A stretch of DNA of 64,000 bases from a virus (lineage: Duplodnaviria > Caudoviricetes): positions 32,001-96,000 of IMG/VR virus record IMGVR_UViG_3300028549_001457; one strand, 5' to 3'. Shown one piece after another: positions 27,470-37,132 of the stretch (position 1 is its first letter; each line of letters opens with the position of its first letter). The position numbers and the translations under genes are program-made. The notes beneath the pieces were generated by a model. It had not been told where the DNA came from, did no database searches, and saw only the letters and a program-made list of their open reading frames with translations.

Positions 27470-29222
27470 TTTTTTCGGTATATTGATAGAGAGGTTGTTT
27501 AACTTGTTCATACAGCCAGAGTGTCAAGAGTTATCTTTTGAGACAGCAGGACTCACTTGGTATCTAAAAAACCGTCCCTTTTTTGAGACAGCAACCTTTT
27601 TAGCTGATCATCAAGGTGATCTAATACTGAGTAAAATAGCGGCTAAGGTCTCGGGGGTGTCTGGTGGGTCCTCCAGACATCAGCTTTCTCCAGAACAAGC
27701 TCGGTTGGTTATTTCTAAGCTAACAGCACCTCAGCTCATGGAACTGGATTTAAAATTTAAAAAAGCCGTTACTAAATTCATAAAGAGAGATCTTTCGTTT
27801 GTTGTACCGGCTCCATTAGGGCTTCCTCATTGGAAGCAGCCTCTGGCCGCTAAGGATCGCCTTTCTTCCGAGAACAGAGGTCTTCTGGATCATGCCATAC
27901 AGAAGGCTCATCATGAGCTACGCAACCCCGATCTAGCTAAATCTAGAGCACTATCTAACTTTGAGACTGTACAGCGAGGTTTAGTTAAAGCAAAGCAAGA
28001 GGAGGCAGATCGCCAAGAGGATCCAACACGGGCGTATGGAGATCTCTACCCAATGAGTGATCAATCTTCGCCTTCGCCCCTTAAGCACACCCAGGAGGTT
28101 AAAGAGCGTTTGTTCGTGTTATCGGATACACTTCAGCTTCTCTGGCCGATTATTTCCAGTAATCTCTTAACACTTCATGGGACCTGGGCGGGGAACTCTG
28201 TTGCGCTACGCTATGTGAGCAAGAAGGAAATTCTAGCTTTAAACCAAATGGTTTCTACGCAGTCTGTTAGGGAGCGGTTATTTTGTGCAATGTCTATTGT
28301 TTCCATAAATGATACGTGGTGTCTATCATCATCTACTCATGTAAACCCTCTGGCACTCAGCGTGGTAGATAGCTGGGCTGAGGAAGACCTATCAAGATTT
28401 TATGATATCTTTTCAGGTATTCGATCCTTCGCAGAATCTCTAATGCCCTATATTGAAGCTCTGCCCTTTACTAAGCTTTTTAGAGATTTCTGGGACCTTA
28501 ATCGTGGTAGGGATAGGTGGTGGCAAGAATGCTACACAGGTGTCCCAGGGACAGGGACACTTCCCCCCTCTGAGCACATTGATCTTTTCTCCCAGGAATG
28601 TCTCCTTGATGAAACAGCGGTTGGGAAGATTGAGGCCGATGATACTCTTTCTTTCCAAGTAGCTGGTATGAGTCATGAATTAGCTCAGGGGATTCAGAAG
28701 AAAAACACTGAGTTAGTTGAGGCCAGAGGCCTGCAGATTAATTATATGTTGTTCAATGAGGTGCCTGAAATTAAGGAAACGCAGGAGGGCGTCCTAGCTC
28801 TTCCCGGAGAGACCAGTAGGGATGAGATCATCTCCGTTGCTCAGGATATGCTTCAGGGTAAGATGGATTTCCACGATACTATGTTAGCTGTTATGCGCCA
28901 GCGCAAGGAGGCCATGCAAACAACCTCCTTCGCGCCCCCTGAGCCCCTTCCAGCCCCTGCAAGTGATGCTGACGCCTACGAGGGTGGGTCCCATTATGCA
29001 ACGTCTCAGGAAATCCAGGAGATGCATCGAGCTTCCACTGCACATAGGGTGGCTGTGGATAACATCACTCTGGCGTTCTCTCAGGATGTTGTTGAAAATA
29101 TTGCTAAGGCTAGGAAACGAAGCCTTCTCATCCAGGGCGTAGATCCCTACCACGAAAGGGACGAATCTGAGGACCTTGGGAGGGCCTCGTTGATTAGTAG
29201 GGATAAGTCCTATAGAGAATGA
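27363..29222 (+). CDS. Putative tail assembly chaperone-like protein (true start probably about 27459-27504)
   Basis: Between tube and tape measure; helical; CAMSIVSIND segment resembles NVLCQLND in the next ORF. Confidence 0.4.
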   Translation: MVQWLVLAPYLRLCPRRRINPKPLVQILLLLRMTSNFFGILIERLFNLFIQPECQELSFETAGLTWYLKNRPFFETATFLADHQGDLILSKIAAKVSGVSGGSSRHQLSPEQARLVISKLTAPQLMELDLKFKKAVTKFIKRDLSFVVPAPLGLPHWKQPLAAKDRLSSENRGLLDHAIQKAHHELRNPDLAKSRALSNFETVQRGLVKAKQEEADRQEDPTRAYGDLYPMSDQSSPSPLKHTQEVKERLFVLSDTLQLLWPIISSNLLTLHGTWAGNSVALRYVSKKEILALNQMVSTQSVRERLFCAMSIVSINDTWCLSSSTHVNPLALSVVDSWAEEDLSRFYDIFSGIRSFAESLMPYIEALPFTKLFRDFWDLNRGRDRWWQECYTGVPGTGTLPPSEHIDLFSQECLLDETAVGKIEADDTLSFQVAGMSHELAQGIQKKNTELVEARGLQINYMLFNEVPEIKETQEGVLALPGETSRDEIISVAQDMLQGKMDFHDTMLAVMRQRKEAMQTTSFAPPEPLPAPASDADAYEGGSHYATSQEIQEMHRASTAHRVAVDNITLAFSQDVVENIAKARKRSLLIQGVDPYHERDESEDLGRASLISRDKSYRE

Positions 29223-29258
29223 ATTCCTTAACCGCCTTTTTACAGGGAGACTACTTAA

Positions 29259-29927
29259 ATGGATCGCACCGTTTCTTTGCCCATGGATCTTTTGGAGACC
29301 TTGGAACAGCATTTACACGCAGGTATGGATTCCACCAAGCTCTTTGAGGTGGCCCCTGGATTTTCTGTAGCATTTAGAACCCTTACAGGGGAGGAAGAGA
29401 TTGAGTGCAGAACTTCCGCCGCTGAATTTAGGGGACCCGCGTATATTTACACGTATAAGACAAAAGTCCTCTCCAATGTTCTTTGCCAGCTTAACGATAT
29501 TAAGCTACCCCCAAGTGCTACAATTAAGATGCCCAAGAAGCGCACAGATGATCTAGGTAGGGTGGAGGAGATTCTTACAGACGTCCCCCTAGCATCTCAT
29601 CTAGAGGGGATCATTCTCACCTGGAGTAAGGGCCTCATTGACATTTGCTTTAAGCTTTGGTCAAAGCATCAAGAAGAGCAGCTCTATAAGTATATCGCTC
29701 CGTTTAACCAGGATGATCTCTTTACGGTTGAAGAGAAAATGCTAGCTAAAGAATATGAACAACTTCTAAATGAGAATAACTCTGCAACGGCTGCTATGAC
29801 ACCCTCTGAATTAGTGGTTGCTGTTCAGAACACGACCCCCGGCTCAGACCTCGTTAAAATTGGGGCTCAGGTAACCAAGCATGTAGACCCTCATATTGAT
29901 TTTAGTGAAGAGGCTGAAGAGAAATAG
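29259..29927 (+). CDS. Tail assembly chaperone
   Basis: FRTLTGEEE...KVLSNVLCQLND; directly before the tape measure gene. Confidence 0.55.
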   Translation: MDRTVSLPMDLLETLEQHLHAGMDSTKLFEVAPGFSVAFRTLTGEEEIECRTSAAEFRGPAYIYTYKTKVLSNVLCQLNDIKLPPSATIKMPKKRTDDLGRVEEILTDVPLASHLEGIILTWSKGLIDICFKLWSKHQEEQLYKYIAPFNQDDLFTVEEKMLAKEYEQLLNENNSATAAMTPSELVVAVQNTTPGSDLVKIGAQVTKHVDPHIDFSEEAEEK

Positions 29928-29968
29928 TCAGCACGGCATAAATTTAACACCTTTATTGGGATTTAGCT

Positions 29969-32900
29969 GTGGCTGATGGACCTGATATTACTAGAGTTAC
30001 AAGCGATGTGGCCTCTCTTTCGACAGCGGTAGGAGGGGTTATATCGCAATTGGGTCTCTTAGAGGCTCAGATGTCTGCAATTGCAGGGTCTTTCACTAAA
30101 TTTTCAACGACTACTGAAAATGCTTTCAAAACTATTGGGAAAATGTCCAAGGGGCTTACGGGGGTCGGCACCGAGTCCAAAAAGACTAAGAAGGTCTTAG
30201 AGCAAACCTGGGTTGATATTATTGATGATGACATCGTTAAAGCTCTAGACAAACAGCTCAAAGCCATCGACAGGCTTACGGTAGGGACCAAGGAATTTAG
30301 TGAAAATCTAGAGACTATCTCAAAGCAGGGCTCAGAGTTTGAAATTATTGACTCAGCAGATTTAAACCAGCAATTAAATGCTTTACAAGCCATTGATAAA
30401 AAGCTCAATCAAGTTGCTGGCAATATTAATAAAATGGCTTCATCTAAGATCGGCCTATCTATCCAAGATAGCGGGGCTGCTGTTAAAGAAATCAACTCAA
30501 TCATGGGTCAAATGGAGGCCCTTAAACTCCAGGCGGGTGTTGCACGTAGGTCCCTGGAGAGTTCGTTTGATATTGACACGGATCCATTTGTTAAAAAATT
30601 GAAAGAACTTAATCCGGCATTCTCAGCAGAATTCACCAAAATTAGAGACAGTGCTGCTACAAACGCGGCTGAGTTGCGGAAGCTCTATGCGACCAGTATG
30701 GTCCCAGAGTTAAGCGCCGAAGACGTTCATAAACTTTCGGGTGGGAGCAACATTGACCCCAAACATTATCAGCAAGCTCTGCAGGCTCAGGTAGCTGCTG
30801 GGGGTGCTGATGATGTATCCGCCCAACTACAGAAAGCAGGCAAGAGCCTCACAACAGTGTTTGACCCCTCCGCTACTGAGGAGCAAAAGAAACAGATTCA
30901 AGCCTGCCTGGAGTTAATGGAGCTTGAAAATACTAGTCTAGAGCAAGCTATCGCGTCCCAAATGCTACTCAATTCAGCTACAAGTAAGCTTCCCGAGATT
31001 CATGAGCGTTCTGTAAAAGCCATGACGCAGGAGAAGAAGCTAGCTTCCGATATTGCTAAAGCCAAGATAGAGCAGGCCGGGAAAGGTGGCATAGGTGCTA
31101 TATTAGGAGGGTTCAGCGAGGGTGGTTTCCGAGGCGGGATGTCCGCTATGGCACACTCGGTTGAAAATAAACGAAGGGCCATCTTATCCTCCGGGCTTAG
31201 TACCGATGAGAAATCTGCCGAGATGCGGAAAGCTGGGTATAAAGTAACCACGAATGATAGGGGTGAAACGTCCTACAAAGCAAATTTCATGACTTCCATG
31301 AAACAGGGCATTTCTCAGTTAGCGAATAGGGGTGCGGGGAGTCTTATCAAAGGTGAGGGTGCCGAGGCATTCAGTGGCCTTATAAGGGGCGCTCAGGGCG
31401 CGGAGGCTGGTTTAGGGGCTGTTGGTGGTGCTGCAGAAGGGGCTGGCCTTGCAGCCGAAGGAGCCGGTGCTGGAATGAGTGGAGCTGGCGCTGCAGTGGG
31501 TACTTTTGGCGCTGTGCTTGGTGTTGCGGCTGGAGCTGTTGTAGGTATTATTGCTATATTTAAAATTTTTGCGGCTGTAATGGACCATGCCGCTAAGAAT
31601 TACAGAGAAGTTAAACAAGTTGGAGGTGTCTCCGGGATGTTAGGTCGAAGGGATCTAGGAGGAGCCATAAATTTAAAAGAAGATGCTGCAGCATTTAGGA
31701 AAAATTTAGTTAAGGGTGGTGGGAGTGCTCTACAGCCTTCATTATCACAAGATGGTTTCTACATGCTTGTTGAGAAGAAACTAGAGGTTTTGGGTGCTGC
31801 CCAACAAGCTGGCCTTAGTGGGGCAACCTTTCAGGAAGATGTTAATAGGAAAAACAAGAAGGGTGACTTCGGAAGTATTGATGCTGAAGAGTATAGTGTG
31901 ACCGCTAAATACCTACAGACTGCTGCAGAAGCCGCAGAGTTGCTTGGTAAGGACCTAAAAGAAGCTGCAAATGAAGTTGCAACTCTTCACGAAGAGCTGT
32001 CTCTGTCATTTGGTGGGGTCGAGATGTTCCTTATGAACATTACCAGATCGGCCACTCAAGCAGGGGTGTCTAACGAAAAATTCATGAAAATAACGCGCAG
32101 TCTTGCGAATGAACAGACAAACTACGGAACCGAATTAAAAAACACTTCTAGGATTCTTTCTACATTAGGGGAGAGTGGGCGGTATACGTCCGAGACCCTG
32201 AAAAAATCTTTCGAGACACTCATTCCCGATAAACAAAGTATTGAACAGAAGGTTGTCGCAAATTCTATGGCTATGCAAAACTCGGGAGTAAAGGCCAGTG
32301 TTATTGGGTCCATTAAGTCTGCGATAACTGATCTCGATACACGTGAAGCTGAGTTGCAAGCAATTATAGATGCAAACCCAACATCCTCAGCGGCTCAAGA
32401 TGCCAAAAAAGAACAACAATCCATGGTTGTGAAGCGGAGTGGCCTAAAAGAAAACCTATCCGCGTGGTCTTCTGGAAATGCGTATGCTGCTGCTGGGGCG
32501 CAGGATTACCTCCCTACCACTGCTAAGCTAACCGCAGCCATTGGCGCTATGGGGGCACAGATGCCCATGCTTAGGGAGGGTATGAAGAGAGGTCTTGGGT
32601 TAGACCAACTTCTTGAGGCGGCTAGGTCACTGGACCCCACTACACGTAATATGCTAGCCACTGTGTATGGCATTAAAGATCCTGTAGAGGCCCTCGCTCA
32701 GTTGAAGCCTCTACTAGAGGGTGCTGCAGCAAAAATTAAGAACGCCTTTTTTGATGCCGATGGAAAAAAACGCAGCACCCTTGGGTCTGATGAGGAGAGT
32801 ATCAACCGATTCACTGAAATACTTACTTCCGCTGGCATGTCTGAGAAAGAGGCTAGGGAGAAGGTTGCCTCATTAGCCAGTGGCAATGATGACGGAACAG

Positions 32901-34147
32901 GAACCAGTGGTAATGCGGTTAGGAAGGCTATTGAAGGGCTCTTCAAAAACTCTCAAGGAGAGCTTGCTCTGTCCAATCGGAATATTGCGCTTGCAGAGAA
33001 GAGTGGTGCAAAAGCTGAAGAGGAGACCCGCGTTAGGCAGACGGAGGCCGAGAAGCTTAGAGCTACCTTGGCCCAATCTAACGTAGCATCTACGGACACC
33101 GCTGATAAGATTAAACAATGGATGGAGCCGTTGTTAGAAACTGGGAACGAGTGGTTAGCTACCATGACAGCGGGTTTCTCCGCAGCGTTTGATAAGTTTG
33201 GGAATGGGGTGCGTGATCGGGAAAAAGCCGCTGCAGCAAAGCGGCAAGATGCCATCATTTCAGGGGCAGAATCGTCTATTTCTGATGCTCAGGATGCCAT
33301 CAACAAAATTGATTTTGCCGCAAATGCTCGGGATGAGCAGGATCCAGCCAAGAAACAGTTAGCTTCTGAGTTAGGTGAGTCGAAAAAACAATCTGAAATA
33401 GAAGTTGAAAGGACCCGTAGGGTACATGGTCTCGGGTCTGATCAACATAGGGAGGCCGTAGCTAACCTAGAAAATGTGTCCAAAGCTAGTGCAGAAGCTA
33501 CCAAAGCATGGCGGGATTCTCGGTATACCTCAGAAGAAAAAGCTGAACTAGACAAGCTTAAGAAGACTATAGCCTCTAAAAAAGCGCTAATAGATCGCAC
33601 ACAGTCTGGTGAGGGTGCGGCAAAACAATACGGGGCTTTTGCAATAAGAGCAACGGATGATGAAGCTAAAGTTCTCACAAAAAACTTAGATAGCTCCCGT
33701 GCTATGAGCAAAGATTCGAAGTTATTCGAGTCGAAATTATTTACCAAAGATCTAGGGGCTGAAATGGAGCTAACCCCTGAAGAGTTGAAAGATGCTAGTG
33801 GTGAACGAAAAATTAAGAGTCTTAATTTTGAGGCACTCGGTAAACTAAAACCAGATCAACTTGCAGCAGCAATTGGTGTTGGCGATAAGGGTCTAGGAGA
33901 GTCTGGACGCAGCGCTCTGTTATCCGCAGCACAATCTGCAGAGGGTAAATTTAGCGGAAAAGAAATGGAAATGTGGCGTAATATTTTAAGCGTGTTAGAA
34001 TCTATGAATGGTAAGCCCACTGGAAACTCTAATGTTATAAATGTTGGGACTCCGGGGGTTGAAGCTTCTCGAAGTGGTGGTTCTAAAGCCTTTACTGTTC
34101 CATCCGGAACTCCCAGAGTGGATAACTCCGGCGACAACTATACCTAG
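29969..34147 (+). CDS. Tape measure protein
   Basis: 1392 aa, Ala/Lys/Glu-rich helical, Gly/Ala-rich hydrophobic segment at about 31390-31590; position. Confidence 0.85.
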   Translation: MADGPDITRVTSDVASLSTAVGGVISQLGLLEAQMSAIAGSFTKFSTTTENAFKTIGKMSKGLTGVGTESKKTKKVLEQTWVDIIDDDIVKALDKQLKAIDRLTVGTKEFSENLETISKQGSEFEIIDSADLNQQLNALQAIDKKLNQVAGNINKMASSKIGLSIQDSGAAVKEINSIMGQMEALKLQAGVARRSLESSFDIDTDPFVKKLKELNPAFSAEFTKIRDSAATNAAELRKLYATSMVPELSAEDVHKLSGGSNIDPKHYQQALQAQVAAGGADDVSAQLQKAGKSLTTVFDPSATEEQKKQIQACLELMELENTSLEQAIASQMLLNSATSKLPEIHERSVKAMTQEKKLASDIAKAKIEQAGKGGIGAILGGFSEGGFRGGMSAMAHSVENKRRAILSSGLSTDEKSAEMRKAGYKVTTNDRGETSYKANFMTSMKQGISQLANRGAGSLIKGEGAEAFSGLIRGAQGAEAGLGAVGGAAEGAGLAAEGAGAGMSGAGAAVGTFGAVLGVAAGAVVGIIAIFKIFAAVMDHAAKNYREVKQVGGVSGMLGRRDLGGAINLKEDAAAFRKNLVKGGGSALQPSLSQDGFYMLVEKKLEVLGAAQQAGLSGATFQEDVNRKNKKGDFGSIDAEEYSVTAKYLQTAAEAAELLGKDLKEAANEVATLHEELSLSFGGVEMFLMNITRSATQAGVSNEKFMKITRSLANEQTNYGTELKNTSRILSTLGESGRYTSETLKKSFETLIPDKQSIEQKVVANSMAMQNSGVKASVIGSIKSAITDLDTREAELQAIIDANPTSSAAQDAKKEQQSMVVKRSGLKENLSAWSSGNAYAAAGAQDYLPTTAKLTAAIGAMGAQMPMLREGMKRGLGLDQLLEAARSLDPTTRNMLATVYGIKDPVEALAQLKPLLEGAAAKIKNAFFDADGKKRSTLGSDEESINRFTEILTSAGMSEKEAREKVASLASGNDDGTGTSGNAVRKAIEGLFKNSQGELALSNRNIALAEKSGAKAEEETRVRQTEAEKLRATLAQSNVASTDTADKIKQWMEPLLETGNEWLATMTAGFSAAFDKFGNGVRDREKAAAAKRQDAIISGAESSISDAQDAINKIDFAANARDEQDPAKKQLASELGESKKQSEIEVERTRRVHGLGSDQHREAVANLENVSKASAEATKAWRDSRYTSEEKAELDKLKKTIASKKALIDRTQSGEGAAKQYGAFAIRATDDEAKVLTKNLDSSRAMSKDSKLFESKLFTKDLGAEMELTPEELKDASGERKIKSLNFEALGKLKPDQLAAAIGVGDKGLGESGRSALLSAAQSAEGKFSGKEMEMWRNILSVLESMNGKPTGNSNVINVGTPGVEASRSGGSKAFTVPSGTPRVDNSGDNYT

Positions 34148-34157
34148 GTGATTTGGT

Positions 34158-35324
34158 ATGTCTGATTTCCTATATAATCCAGGTGCCCCTGGCCCCATGA
34201 TGCTCAAAGGGGGTAGCTTTACAGGTTCTGATGCCCATGAACGTGCTCAGAACCCTGCTCTGCGTTTCGCTGACCACATTGTAAAATTTAAATTAACCCT
34301 ACCCACCCTCAGTAGTCATAAGCTAACCCCCCAATATCAAGCTCTCTATGAGGCGTATGAACAGCTTCAGGGGCAGGGTAGAGGTAATTCGTTTGTGTTA
34401 TATGCCCTCCTACAAGACTTTAATGAATCTGTTGAGCAAGCTATTACTAATAAACGATCCAAGGGTGGTTTTGTTGAAAATCACTGGGGGCCTCGCCCCT
34501 CGCTGGTCTCTGCGTCAGGGATCGTGGGGGTGCATCTTTCCGCTTTTGGGTTAACCCCTTTTCAAGTTGAGGACCCAGACGGTCAGTCCGAGACTGTCCT
34601 CTACTGGGACCCCACCACCAATATGACTCTTTCAGGGACTCCTTCAGCTTCAGCTCCAAGTGGGCAGAACTCTCAGTGGATGTCGAAACAGCTCCAAACT
34701 CTTGGAAATACGCTCATCAATCAGATAGGGGCTAATTCTTCTGGGGCTACCGGAGATCTCCTACAGTCTGTTAATTTTGGGGCCAGCACGGGATCTTCGG
34801 GATCCCCTAACTATCAGACCATTGATCAGAATCAGGCTGCTAGAACTGGCACTAATGCAGCCTTCAGAAAATTTAGAATGATTCTAGATCTTTTTAAGAT
34901 GAATGGTGTTATCTTCGATACGATTCCTAATCCGGACATATACCCATCTACTTTGGTTGCGTCAGATGTTTATTACGACACAAAGCTCAATAAATATGTT
35001 AAACCACCGTCTATTGTAGACCAGCAAAGGACGTTAGGTGACCTAAGTAATTTAGATGCTTTAAGACGAGACGAAAACCTAGCTCCGGGTAATGTTCGAG
35101 CTGTTCTCCCTATTGAAATGTATGTTAAAGACACCGTCTACACAGGGTTTTTTGAATCGTTTAATTATCAATTATCGGAGGAAGCTCCGTTTTCAGCGCA
35201 CTATGACTTTACCTTTAAAGCTAAGAACACTCAAAGAACTGCTGTATTCTACCCAGATGGGACTGCGGGTAAAAAGCCTTACTCACTTATCATAAATCAG
35301 AATATGACACCTGGGTCGAGGTAA
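34158..35324 (+). CDS. Tube-like baseplate / tail tube initiator protein
   Basis: GGFVENHWG...VSASG; YTGFFESFNYQLSEEAPFSAHYDFTF; follows the tape measure gene. Confidence 0.55.
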   Translation: MSDFLYNPGAPGPMMLKGGSFTGSDAHERAQNPALRFADHIVKFKLTLPTLSSHKLTPQYQALYEAYEQLQGQGRGNSFVLYALLQDFNESVEQAITNKRSKGGFVENHWGPRPSLVSASGIVGVHLSAFGLTPFQVEDPDGQSETVLYWDPTTNMTLSGTPSASAPSGQNSQWMSKQLQTLGNTLINQIGANSSGATGDLLQSVNFGASTGSSGSPNYQTIDQNQAARTGTNAAFRKFRMILDLFKMNGVIFDTIPNPDIYPSTLVASDVYYDTKLNKYVKPPSIVDQQRTLGDLSNLDALRRDENLAPGNVRAVLPIEMYVKDTVYTGFFESFNYQLSEEAPFSAHYDFTFKAKNTQRTAVFYPDGTAGKKPYSLIINQNMTPGSR

Positions 35325-35325
35325 T

Positions 35326-37098
35326 ATGAGTCTTTTTTCGTTTCTTGGATTTGGGGGGGCTACCACAGAAAGCTCCCCTCCCCCTAGTCAGGGGATGACC
35401 ACGGCTCAGCTTCAACGTGCGGCTATCACAAAGCCTTCCAAAAGTATCGCGCTGGGAGGGGGGCTTCCAGCCTTAAATTGGGGGTCCATTCAGGGGGTTA
35501 TTGGGAGTGCTCAGAATTTAACAAATGGAGCCTCCCAGAACTCAGGCGGGTCTTTTGCCACATCCGCCTCTAACATTGCGTCCGAGTTCCTGGGGGGTAA
35601 TGCCGCGAAAGGTGCTGCCGGTCTTTTTACGGATGACAAGGGAAACCCCTCAAGCCCTATCATGGGGCTGGTTTCAGGGGGACTAGGGGCTCTCACATAC
35701 AGCCTAGTTAGCGGTGCTACTAGGGAGTCTGTTTTTGGAACCGCCATTTCTGCTGGAAGCAATCTAAACCTAAAATCTGTTCAGAATTTCCTAGGTCAAG
35801 CGCAGAGTGTTACCCATAAACTCACGGATACATTTGGATTCTTATTTCCATCTGCTTCGGATTATAACGAGGTTTCGCTTCTAGCTAGAGTTAAGCCCCT
35901 TGGGAGTGATAGCAACATAAAATATTCTGTAGCACCTTTTATCCCCACGCTTTCTGGGCATGAAGTTTCCTGGCAACGAAACGGGGAGGGAACAGATGCT
36001 ATTTCTCAGATTAAAAAATCTCATGCCGTTGCGTCTCGTATGAGTTTTAGGTTGGATGGTCGCAATACAGTTATGTCTTTGTTAGTTGGACCTAAGCAGG
36101 TTGGCATAGCCAGATCTCAAGTCATATCTAACTCTGTTTCTAGAACTGGCTTTATCGTCAATCCCACTGGACCTGGGGAGTTTGATGTCTCCGTATCGGG
36201 CACTACTGCTGGGTTTTATGAGCAAGGGGGTCTCACCACCCGAGAAACAAAGACTGTAGCATACTCAAATCTACTCCTACTGTATAACTTCTTCCTTAAC
36301 AATGGATATATTCTTGATGATGAGACTAGCGCTAAGCAATCTGATGATCCCAATATGCCCATTAAGTCTGTATATAGCCCTCCAGACTTTAGCGATGATA
36401 GCCCAGTTAGGCGTATTAATTCAATGAGTTATGTGGCAATTGAGTGGCAGAAGTGGGTTTGGTGGGGCTATTTTAAATCTTTTAAAATTAGCGATATTGC
36501 CGATGCCCCCTACACGCTCAATTATGATTTTACATTTAGGGTTTGTCATGAGACCGATTTGTTTAAAATAGATAATTTACGTGGGGACTCTAGGCAGACC
36601 CCAAAAGTAACTGGGCATGTTACGAAGGGCTACTCCCCAGAACGTGCGCTTGCGTCTAAAGTCTTAGGGGGTAAGCCACCCGCCAATCTAGAAGACCCAA
36701 ATCCCAAACATAAAAATGTCATGATGAGTAATTTTATGTTTGACGATGATACTAGCCCCCTGTCCGCTCTAGACCAACGGGTCTCCCTCGATCAGGCTGC
36801 TTATAGGTTATCTATTGCGGGTTACTCGCTAAATTTCCAATCTGGTCCGCAAGGTATGAGGTTTTTTGGACAGAATCCCGATGGGGTTGGGATTGACCTC
36901 TGCGGACGAGCTAACGAGCGTTCCCTTACGATAAATAATCCAGGGGCTTCCCCCGTCCGATACATCAATACTGCCACGCAATCTTCGGATGTATCTGGCA
37001 ATCCCGTCATATATGGGGTTGTTAAAGCTGGTCCCGATGGTATCTCCTCTTCGTATACTCAAGAAGGCACCTTAGCAGATCCCCCCAATAATATATAA
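35326..37098 (+). CDS. Second tube-like baseplate protein
   Basis: TGFIVNPTG...VSVSGTTAGF; WGYFKSFKISDIADAPYTLNYDFTF. Confidence 0.55.
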   Translation: MSLFSFLGFGGATTESSPPPSQGMTTAQLQRAAITKPSKSIALGGGLPALNWGSIQGVIGSAQNLTNGASQNSGGSFATSASNIASEFLGGNAAKGAAGLFTDDKGNPSSPIMGLVSGGLGALTYSLVSGATRESVFGTAISAGSNLNLKSVQNFLGQAQSVTHKLTDTFGFLFPSASDYNEVSLLARVKPLGSDSNIKYSVAPFIPTLSGHEVSWQRNGEGTDAISQIKKSHAVASRMSFRLDGRNTVMSLLVGPKQVGIARSQVISNSVSRTGFIVNPTGPGEFDVSVSGTTAGFYEQGGLTTRETKTVAYSNLLLLYNFFLNNGYILDDETSAKQSDDPNMPIKSVYSPPDFSDDSPVRRINSMSYVAIEWQKWVWWGYFKSFKISDIADAPYTLNYDFTFRVCHETDLFKIDNLRGDSRQTPKVTGHVTKGYSPERALASKVLGGKPPANLEDPNPKHKNVMMSNFMFDDDTSPLSALDQRVSLDQAAYRLSIAGYSLNFQSGPQGMRFFGQNPDGVGIDLCGRANERSLTINNPGASPVRYINTATQSSDVSGNPVIYGVVKAGPDGISSSYTQEGTLADPPNNI

Positions 37099-37132
37099 AA
37101 GTAAGTATCTTCTTAGTAGAGGGGTCTCGGAT

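Noticed and set aside
27363-29927. Lambda G/GT-type programmed frameshift in the chaperone genes
   Set aside because: The two ORFs are separate with a 36-nt gap and an RBS-like GGGAG; no clear slippery heptamer was identified by eye.
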